Of a stretch of DNA of 32,000 nucleotides, positions 16,733 to 23,703 are shown piece by piece. The stretch's first letter is position 1. Every line of letters begins with the position of its first letter. The notes beneath the pieces are model-generated. The model saw nothing but the letters and a program-made list of their open reading frames with translations, was not told where the DNA came from and did no database searches. Origin of the DNA: Fastidiosibacter lacustris (GTDB lineage Bacteria > Pseudomonadota > Gammaproteobacteria > Francisellales > Francisellaceae); contig NZ_QLIR01000004.1 of NCBI RefSeq assembly GCF_003428155.1, positions 60,001 through 92,000 of the forward strand, in the 5' to 3' direction. A program made the position numbers and the translations under genes.

Positions 16733-17266
16733 CTAAAAGGTTGCTTCAATCTTAAAGTCAAAGTTGCCTTCATACTTTCCTTCTTGGTATTTATTAGTTC
16801 CATCACCGTAAATTACTTTTAAGTCTTTCGCCCCCCCCCCTGGTGTTAAGGATTTAAAATTTATTTTTGAAGTAGGGCTCTTAATTTCATTGCCACCTAT
16901 TTCGAACGTTACTGGCATTTCTTCACCGTGACCACTCGTAGTATTTTTGATTACATATTCATTACTACTACTATTTGTTGGTCCAGAAGTAATAGAAATG
17001 CCAATCTCCCCTGTACTGCTATCAGTCCACTCTAAGAAGTCAGTAATAATAGACTCTTGTTTGTTGGTTGACATAGCCGCTCTTTTTGGTGCACTTGTAG
17101 ACTTAGTTGTTGAAAGTTTTAAAACGTCTTGTAGTGTTTTCGGACCTACTTCTGTGCTAACTATAATTTGTACTGTATCAGTTACAGTAGCAGCATAGGA
17201 AGCCACAATACCGCCCAATAAGCTTGCCATTACGGTTGTAGCTAAAATTTTTTTACTTTTTATCAT
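16733..17266 (-). CDS. major fimbrial subunit (chaperone-usher pilin)
   Basis: Strong RBS (AAGGAG, 7 nt before the ATG). Signal peptide ...GGIVASYA|A. The mature N-terminus ATVTDTVQIIVSTEV has alternating hydrophobics and resembles a donor strand. C-terminus GKYEGNFDFKIEATF. Lies between chaperone and usher, as in cfaABCE/cooBACD-type operons. Confidence 0.7.
   Translation of the reverse strand: MIKSKKILATTVMASLLGGIVASYAATVTDTVQIIVSTEVGPKTLQDVLKLSTTKSTSAPKRAAMSTNKQESIITDFLEWTDSSTGEIGISITSGPTNSSSNEYVIKNTTSGHGEEMPVTFEIGGNEIKSPTSKINFKSLTPGGGAKDLKVIYGDGTNKYQEGKYEGNFDFKIEATF
16831..16840 (-). repeat. homopolymeric tract, C10 on plus strand = G10 on the pilin coding strand
   Basis: Read directly: tttcg CCCCCCCCCC tggtg. 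On the coding strand this is cca ggg ggg ggg gcg, encoding P-G-G-G-A in ...SLTPGGGAKDLK... It is the longest G/C homopolymer I found; the others reach at most 6. Confidence 0.95.
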
Positions 17267-17465
17267 TACATACTCCTTTTTTGGTTGTTGACTTGAGTTT
17301 CAATTACTAATTGGCTTAAATTTGTGTCGAAATAGGTTCTTAGAAGTAAATAATTTGTAACCTTTCCTAGCTCAATCTAAACAAGAAATAATTAAATCAT
17401 TTAGCTATTCGCATTTTTATTTTTGTCTTTTTTTGTAAATTTAGGTTTAACTTTTTACTTTTTGG

Positions 17466-18254
17466 TTACGCAAGGAAATAGCGCTGTTTTTGGGTATTCT
17501 TACCATTTTCAAAAACTTGAATTTCAATGTTCTCTTTAAGAAAGGATGTATCTATGACACGATTTTTTTGTGGATAAACTTTATATTTTTGTTCAAACAC
17601 ACCTTGTTGGTTACAATATGAATGATTGACAGTAACACCGCCTGTTTTCAATGAGTCATTTGTTTTACATTTTGCTTTAACTTCTGTTTCAATAACGGCA
17701 TTACCATTGTTATAAATATAAATAGCCTCATCTTTTTGCGAAACGGTTGTTTTGTAAAAGGCGTTTTGTGGTTGAACGGCTAAAATACTGGAAAAACCTA
17801 TCGTAATTCCTACACCTGCGGATATTCCGTCATTATCTGCAAGTTCTTTATCTGAAAGCGCAAAACCATCTTCTTTTTTTGGTGCAACAGGTGTCATATT
17901 GACACGATAATAAGAAACCTCATCTTTATTTCTGCCTTTTGGATAGTAAAAACGAATATTTTTTGACTGTCCAGGTGGAATAATTAACCTACTTGGTGTC
18001 ACGAATAATGATTCTGACATTTCTTTTGGCAGAAGTGTTTTTTCAGTTTTATTATCAGATAGTGGATTTTTTACTTCCACTAGTTCAATTTTGACATAAG
18101 CTGTTTTATTGGGATCATCATTATGAATTGTTTTAGAAAAAGTGACTTTATCTTCAGACCAAATATCATAAAGATCATCAATAGCAATATTTGCCATTGA
18201 TAAGCTGTAAAAACCACATAACATCGTAATTGTTAGTGTTATAACACCCTTCAC
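17466..18254 (-). CDS. periplasmic fimbrial chaperone (PapD-like fold expected)
   Basis: Preferred start is the GTG at 18254, since AAGGAG lies 6 nt upstream (AAGAAGGAGAACAAAGTG). This gives signal peptide VKGVITLTITMLCGFYSLSMA|N. The mature protein of about 240 aa contains LFVTPSRLIIPPGQSKNIRFYY, a chaperone-type strand pattern. First gene of the fimbrial operon. Confidence 0.65.
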   Translation of the reverse strand: MKGVITLTITMLCGFYSLSMANIAIDDLYDIWSEDKVTFSKTIHNDDPNKTAYVKIELVEVKNPLSDNKTEKTLLPKEMSESLFVTPSRLIIPPGQSKNIRFYYPKGRNKDEVSYYRVNMTPVAPKKEDGFALSDKELADNDGISAGVGITIGFSSILAVQPQNAFYKTTVSQKDEAIYIYNNGNAVIETEVKAKCKTNDSLKTGGVTVNHSYCNQQGVFEQKYKVYPQKNRVIDTSFLKENIEIQVFENGKNTQKQRYFLA

Positions 18255-18454
18255 TTTGTTCTCCTTCTTCAATCTCACCCCAACAAGTAAATCATACGAG
18301 TTTATTGATGTCATGGTTTATAATGTACCCATTTGTTAACATTAGAAATAATCTTCTTTATGGATTGATGTCTCCCTTGTTAAAGATGTCAATGCAGGAG
18401 TGTTATAGATCTGGCTAAATATGAAATCAAAGTATACAGCAGACTTAACTTGAC

Positions 18455-19273
18455 TTAGCGGGAACTGCTAATGTTGTTTTGATATTCGTGAGTACGTATG
18501 AAACAATTTTCTAGTTCTTTAGCATTAATCTTACAAGGAATATGCCCATTTACTGCGTCATGTAATTCCTTAGGATTAAGGTTTTTTAGATTTTTAAGCT
18601 GATGGGTGTTTAGATTATTGTAATACTCCTGTCCATCGTCATTTAAATGTAAATTTTTTTCTTTAAGATATTTGTCAATATAAGAAGCTCTATTTTCAGG
18701 ATTATTAATTGGCATGTCTTTAATCATAGTAAATAATATATCTTCATTTTTATTTGCTGGAGAATTAAAAACTTCTTTTTTGCTTTCCAAAAGGGTATTC
18801 ATTTGATTAAGCATTTTTGAAGAATTAGTTTCCATTGAAAACGCTGCTTTGAAATTGCCATTTAAAACGTTTCTAAAAAATTTAATAATTTGATAATGTG
18901 AATCAACAGTATTCCTGTGCTTGATAAATTCCTTATTATTACTTAAGACGTCTAATTCTTTTATTGCATTTTCTCTAAAATTTGAGAGTATATATTCGAT
19001 TTGATATTTAGGTTCAGCTTTAAACTGGGATAATTCGCCCTCTGTTCTAGTTACTATCTTTTTTAGATTATCTATAGTATTGAGTTTGTTATTTGCAAGT
19101 AATGAATTTTGAGATTTTAAATTCTGTATATATGATTTTAATAGATTTTCGAATAAATAAAATTTTTCTATTTCAATAAGATAATGAGGATGCGTCTTTA
19201 AATAATTTTGATTACTACATAAATAATTAGGTAGTTCATCCATGGAACGATTTAAGAAAGTAGACTTCGACAT
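18455..19273 (-). CDS. hypothetical Asn/Lys-rich cytosolic protein (orphan)
   Basis: 272-aa ORF with no signal peptide or TM segment, very AT-rich, weak RBS (AAGAG). No motif I recognise. Confidence 0.55.
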   Translation of the reverse strand: MSKSTFLNRSMDELPNYLCSNQNYLKTHPHYLIEIEKFYLFENLLKSYIQNLKSQNSLLANNKLNTIDNLKKIVTRTEGELSQFKAEPKYQIEYILSNFRENAIKELDVLSNNKEFIKHRNTVDSHYQIIKFFRNVLNGNFKAAFSMETNSSKMLNQMNTLLESKKEVFNSPANKNEDILFTMIKDMPINNPENRASYIDKYLKEKNLHLNDDGQEYYNNLNTHQLKNLKNLNPKELHDAVNGHIPCKINAKELENCFIRTHEYQNNISSSR

Positions 19274-19380
19274 GTAAATATTCTCTTTTTTAGCTTTCTT
19301 ACAATTATGCTGGTCAAATTATAACAATCCAGTCCAACATAAAATTTAGGACAAATAGGCTGATTTATTGTCAAAAATTG

Positions 19381-19654
19381 GGTTTTATCGCAAACTTTAC
19401 AATAATTAATGAAACTAATATTGTTTTTGCATTCAAACTCAAACATTTGATCAAATGTTGAATTTTATCGGTTGCGATTATTCAAAAGAGATCATTATGC
19501 AAGCTTTACAATTGTACCTATCCTATCCATTAAGCTATAGGCATGTATAAAAGAACTTACTAAAACTGTTGAAAGTATCTATGCCAATCTCTTTACAAAC
19601 GGCGATATTTACTTTTTGATAAGGTGGAGAGCATACCGACTCATACTGCTTTGA
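19381..19654 (+). mobile_element. decayed IS6-family insertion sequence relic (left IR plus truncated, frameshifted transposase)
   Basis: The ORF at 19455-19550 encodes MLNFIGCDYSKEIIMQALQLYLSYPLSYRHV*. This aligns position-for-position with the IS26 Tnp N-terminus as I recall it (MNPFKGRHFQRDIILWAVRWYCKYGISYRDL). A shifted frame (19541-19654) reads ...GDIYFLIRWRAYRLILL, reminiscent of DETYVKVNGRWAYLYR. GGTTTTATCGCAAACTT at 19381-19397, 74 nt before the ATG, resembles IS6-family terminal IRs (IS26 GGCACTGTTGCAAA; IS257 GGTTCTGTTGCAAAGTT, both from memory). Only about 270 bp remain of an expected roughly 800 bp. Confidence 0.5.
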
Positions 19655-19656
19655 TT

Positions 19657-21204
19657 TTAGTGATTTTTAAAATCTCTAACTCGTATCCCAAGCAGAAAAA
19701 TAGACATAAAATAACAGGCAATCCCTAGTATGATAAGCCAAACTAAACGGGTGACGCGTTGCATAAAATCGGCATGAAGCCAAAGTGAGGACTCTCCTTT
19801 AACAAGGTAAAGTACAGCTGACATAATAAGGCTTGCTAGTAGAACTTTAACAATAAGCGCGAAAAAAGCTGGCTCAAGTTGGAAATGGCTATAGCGATAT
19901 AAGGCATAAAATAGTAAAGCTGCATTAATAACTGCAGTTAGTGTAGTTGAAATGGCAAGTGCTAAATAGCCAAGCTCATGTGTATTTAAAATAGAAATTA
20001 AAATGATATTGCTGATAACATTGAATAAAATGCAAAACACTCCAATTTTTAATGCAACTTTTGTGTGATGTTTGGCATATAAAGCCGAAATAAGTACTTT
20101 AATTAACACAAAGGTAATGAGTCCAATGCCAAAAGAAATAAAAGCCCTTTGAGATTGGATGACATCAAAAGCTGTAAATTTACCATATTGAAAGAGGGTA
20201 GTAAGGACGGGATAGGATAAAACGCACATTCCACATGCTGCTGGAATGGTGATAACTAAGCTTAGCTTAATTCCCCAGTTGACAATTTGCTTAAATTGAA
20301 CATGAGTAATGGAGCGATTACTCAGTTTAGGTAGGATAGCAATAGCTAAAGCAATCCCCAAAATTCCTAATGGGAATTGATTCAAGCGGTCTGGATAATA
20401 AAGCCATGAAAGGCTACCGGTTTTTAAAAATGACGCAAATATCGTATCCAATAGTAAACTTATTTGTACAACGGAAGCCCCAATAATGCCTGGCAATAAG
20501 CGTTTGAGAATACGTTTAATGCAGTAAGAAGGTTTGCGAATAAGAGGGATGAGACTTATTTTTAAATACAAAATAGCTGGAATAAATAGTAACGTTTGGA
20601 GGATGCCAGCAATGAGCACACTCCAAGCAATTGCATAAATGGGTGAATTAAAGTAAGAAGTGTAGAGTATAAAAAGAATCATACAAAGGTTGAGCACTAT
20701 TGGCATAAACGCTGGCAGGAAAAAACGCTCGAATCGGTTTAAAAGCGCAGAAAATAGAGCGCTTAACGATATAAAGAACACATAAGGAAACATCACTTGC
20801 AATAATGATTTTGATAGTGCAAATTTGCTGGGGTCGTTGTAAAAACCAGGTGCGAATATGCTGATCCAAATGCTGGCAAAAATAAAGCCTAAAAACGCAA
20901 CAACAAGGCTTATGCCACCAATAAGGGTAATCAGTTGACGAAATAAATAATTTAAACGTTGATGTGTACTTTGCTTACTTAAACTAGGTACAAGCACTTG
21001 GCTTATTGAACCCTCAATAAAAAGTCTACGCATGAAATTAGGGACACGAAAAGCAACAATAAAAGCTTCCATTGCGCTAGTAGTACCAAAATATTTGGCA
21101 AATAACATATCGCGAGCAAATCCAAGTATGCGTGATAAAAAAGTGATGAATCCAAGTATTAAGGTTGATTTAAAGAGATCTTTTTTGTCTAATTGCGCAG
21201 ACAT
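19657..21204 (-). CDS. murJ: lipid II flippase MurJ (MviN)
   Basis: 515 aa polytopic protein. The N-terminus LFKSTLILGFITFLSRILGFARDMLFAKYFGTTSAMEAFIVAFRVPNFMRRLFIEGSISQVLVPSL matches the conserved MurJ signature (R.LG..RD...A..FG....DAF..AF..PN..RR...EGA...FVP). Confidence 0.9.
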   Translation of the reverse strand: MSAQLDKKDLFKSTLILGFITFLSRILGFARDMLFAKYFGTTSAMEAFIVAFRVPNFMRRLFIEGSISQVLVPSLSKQSTHQRLNYLFRQLITLIGGISLVVAFLGFIFASIWISIFAPGFYNDPSKFALSKSLLQVMFPYVFFISLSALFSALLNRFERFFLPAFMPIVLNLCMILFILYTSYFNSPIYAIAWSVLIAGILQTLLFIPAILYLKISLIPLIRKPSYCIKRILKRLLPGIIGASVVQISLLLDTIFASFLKTGSLSWLYYPDRLNQFPLGILGIALAIAILPKLSNRSITHVQFKQIVNWGIKLSLVITIPAACGMCVLSYPVLTTLFQYGKFTAFDVIQSQRAFISFGIGLITFVLIKVLISALYAKHHTKVALKIGVFCILFNVISNIILISILNTHELGYLALAISTTLTAVINAALLFYALYRYSHFQLEPAFFALIVKVLLASLIMSAVLYLVKGESSLWLHADFMQRVTRLVWLIILGIACYFMSIFLLGIRVRDFKNH

Positions 21205-21212
21205 TTATGCGC

Positions 21213-22616
21213 TTAAAATTTAGCGTTGCCAGGTGTGCGTGGAAAAGGGATTAAATCACGAATATTTGGCACACCTGTAATATAGCCTAACAAACGTTCA
21301 AATCCTAAGCCAAAACCACTATGTGGCACACTACCATAACGGCGAAGATCACGATACCAATATAAACCTTCTGCATCAACACCCGTTTCGGCAATGCGCT
21401 TATCCAGGATTTCAAGTCGATCTTCACGTTGACTGCCACCAATGATTTCACCGATGCCAGGGACGAGTATATCCATTGCGGCAACTGTTTTTTGATCATC
21501 GTTTAAACGCATATAAAATGCTTTAATATCCTTAGGGTAGTTCATGAGTACTACTGGGCTTTTGAAATGTTCTTCACATAAATAACGTTCATGCTCTGAT
21601 TGTAGATCCAAACCCCATTCCACAGGATACTCAAATTTCTTGCCACAGGTTTTTAGAATCTTGATTGCATCAGTGTATTGGACACGGACAAAATCGTTAT
21701 TAATGACGGAATTTAATTTATTGATTAGATTTTTTTCGATAAACTGCTCAAAGAACGCAATATCGTCTTTGCGCTCATCAATAACGGTTTTAATAACAGA
21801 TTTTAAGAGTTTTTCAGCAAGGTGTGCGTCATCATTTAAATCAGCAAATGCAATCTCTGGTTCTACCATCCAAAATTCAGCCAAATGTCTAGAAGTATTC
21901 GAATTTTCGGCTCTAAAAGTAGGACCAAAAGTATATACTTTGGATAGTGCCATACAGTAAGTTTCAACGTTTAACTGTCCTGATACGGTTAAAAAGGTTT
22001 CACCACCAAAAAAATCTTGACTGTAATCTATGTCCCCTTTGTCCGTTTTAGGTAAATTCAATTGATCCAAAGTGGAAACACGGAAGAGCTCGCCTGCACC
22101 TTCGCAATCGTTAGAGGTTAAGATAGGGGTGTTAACCCAGAAAAAACCTTCATGGTGAAAGAAATTATGAATTGCATTGGCAAGGCTGTGACGCATACGT
22201 GCAACTGCTCCGATAAGGTTGGTGCGCACACGCAGATGAGCATGCTCACGAAGATACTCCATCGTATGGCGTTTGGGTGAAACAGGATAAGTCTCAGGAT
22301 TATCGATCCAGCCGTGAACAATCACTTTATTGGCTTGGATTTCAACGCTTTGCCCCTTGCCCGCTGAGGCAACAAGTTTTCCACAGACTTCAACTGCACA
22401 ATCTTTGGTAAGACTTAAAATTTCATTTTGATAATTGGGAAGAGTGTTTTCGACAATCGCTTGGATGGGATCAAAGCACGAACCATCATGAATGGTTAGG
22501 AATGAAATCCCAGCTTTTGAGTCACGACGGCTTCGAATCCAGCCTTTAACGGTAATCTGTTGATCAATTAAATCAGCACGTGAAAAAAGTTCTTTTGCCG
22601 TATACGTTTGTGACAT
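21213..22616 (-). CDS. asnS: asparagine--tRNA ligase
   Basis: 467 aa, collinear with E. coli AsnS along its length ([72 protein letters not shown]). Confidence 0.97.
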   Translation of the reverse strand: MSQTYTAKELFSRADLIDQQITVKGWIRSRRDSKAGISFLTIHDGSCFDPIQAIVENTLPNYQNEILSLTKDCAVEVCGKLVASAGKGQSVEIQANKVIVHGWIDNPETYPVSPKRHTMEYLREHAHLRVRTNLIGAVARMRHSLANAIHNFFHHEGFFWVNTPILTSNDCEGAGELFRVSTLDQLNLPKTDKGDIDYSQDFFGGETFLTVSGQLNVETYCMALSKVYTFGPTFRAENSNTSRHLAEFWMVEPEIAFADLNDDAHLAEKLLKSVIKTVIDERKDDIAFFEQFIEKNLINKLNSVINNDFVRVQYTDAIKILKTCGKKFEYPVEWGLDLQSEHERYLCEEHFKSPVVLMNYPKDIKAFYMRLNDDQKTVAAMDILVPGIGEIIGGSQREDRLEILDKRIAETGVDAEGLYWYRDLRRYGSVPHSGFGLGFERLLGYITGVPNIRDLIPFPRTPGNAKF

Positions 22617-22881
22617 AGTGATACTTACCTATTTGTTTTATAGTTTTTGGGGGGTATTGATATAGGTGAGAGATTATAACGAGATTTATAAATAAGCGAT
22701 AGAATAAGATTGCAAGTTAGATTAACTGTGTTTTTTGTGCGCCATATAAATTTGAGGTATTCTAAATTGACTCTATATAATCAAAAGCGCGTGAACTTAT
22801 CCAAAAAAATGGTCTGCAAAGTTTTGAAAAGCCTATGTGAATCTTGCTGAAAGAAAATAAGATGTTAACCGTTCACCCTAA

Positions 22882-22919
22882 ACTTTTTGTTTCAGTACTT
22901 ACTTTTTGTTTCAGTACTT
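22882..22919. repeat. perfect 19-bp tandem direct duplication (2 copies)
   Basis: ACTTTTTGTTTCAGTACTT occurs at 22882-22900 and again at 22901-22919, in the asnS/tRNA divergent intergenic region. Confidence 0.9.
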
Positions 22920-22991
22920 CAAGTGTGTTATACAAAGAAAAGGCAAATGTCAAAAATATTGATTAATTATTTAAAAACTTGAACTTAAGAC

Positions 22992-23019
22992 TTGCAATTT
23001 AAAAAAGAATTGTTAATAT
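22992..23019 (+). promoter_or_regulatory. candidate sigma70 promoter for the tRNA-fMet/rimP-nusA-infB operon
   Basis: TTGCAA (22992-22997), 16-nt spacer, TAATAT (23014-23019), 13 nt before the tRNA 5' end. AT-rich UP-like sequence lies upstream. Confidence 0.4.
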
Positions 23020-23032
23020 GTCTCGCAGTTGA

Positions 23033-23109
<77 letters not shown>

Positions 23110-23133
23110 ACCAAATAAATATCGAGATTTTCG

Positions 23134-23157
23134 GGCCCTGTTGGGCCTTTTTGTTTT
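23134..23157 (+). terminator. intrinsic terminator/attenuator 1 downstream of tRNA-fMet
   Basis: GGCCC-tgtt-GGGCC followed by TTTTTGTTTT. Confidence 0.6.
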
Positions 23158-23163
23158 GTAGAT

Positions 23164-23191
23164 AAAAAGGACTCGTAGTGGTCCTTTTTTT
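23164..23191 (+). terminator. intrinsic terminator/attenuator 2 upstream of rimP
   Basis: AAAAAGGAC-tcgtagtg-GTCCTTTTTTT, a hairpin with an A-tract and a T-tract. Confidence 0.6.
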
Positions 23192-23214
23192 ATATCCAAG
23201 GAGTATATTGGGGA

Positions 23215-23679
23215 ATGTTAATCGATCAATTAAAGAACCTTGTAGAGCCAGAAGTACAAGCGCTAGGTTTTATTCTGTGGGGAATCGAGATGGATGCGTA
23301 TTCTGTTGATACAGGTGCGGTGACTTTGCGTATATTTATTGATCATGAGGAAGGTATTTCAATAGATGATTGCCAAGAGGTTAGCCAAGCAGTAAGTGCG
23401 ATTTTGGATGTTGAAGATCCAATCAGTGGAACCTATTCTTTAGAGGTGTCTTCTCCTGGTATGAATCGCCGAGTGTTTAACGCCAAACAGGCAGGAGCAT
23501 TAGAAGGGTTTAAGGTAAAAGTACAGTTGCACCAGCCAACTGAAAATAATCGCCGCCGTTTTGAAGGTGCTATTACTGAAGTAAATGGTGAGTTGGTGAC
23601 GATTAAAACAGAAGAGGGTGAAGTGATTGGCTTCGATTTTGCTAACGTTGACAAAATGCGTGTTGTGCCAAAGTTTTAA
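23215..23679 (+). CDS. rimP: ribosome maturation factor RimP
   Basis: 154 aa collinear with E. coli RimP (ALGF.L.GIE.......LRI.ID.E.GI..DDC..VS..VSA.LDVEDPI...Y.LEVSSPG..R). RBS AAGGAG. Confidence 0.93.
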   Translation: MLIDQLKNLVEPEVQALGFILWGIEMDAYSVDTGAVTLRIFIDHEEGISIDDCQEVSQAVSAILDVEDPISGTYSLEVSSPGMNRRVFNAKQAGALEGFKVKVQLHQPTENNRRRFEGAITEVNGELVTIKTEEGEVIGFDFANVDKMRVVPKF

Positions 23680-23703
23680 ATTGAAAGTGAAAAGGTGGAC
23701 GTG

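Noticed and set aside
7756-19380. Looked for a shufflon (multiple short inverted sfx-like repeats with a pilV 3' region and an rci recombinase), an invertible fimS-type promoter switch, an integrase or att-like direct repeats, and CRISPR arrays.
   Set aside because: I saw no pilV or rci-like ORF, no recombinase ORF, no set of repeated 19-bp inverted elements and no regularly spaced direct repeats. The only repeats found are the G10 tract, the 10021-10050 palindrome and, outside this interval, the 19-bp duplication at 22882-22919. Detection by eye is limited, so short or degenerate repeats could have been missed.
19252-19446. 64-aa minus-strand ORF with several Cys (CKNN...CKVCDK...ICPKF), superficially zinc-ribbon-like.
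   Set aside because: It overlaps the start of the 272-aa gene by 22 nt and covers the putative IS6 left inverted repeat and leader. It has no RBS. It is more likely a chance ORF in AT-rich IS-flanking DNA.
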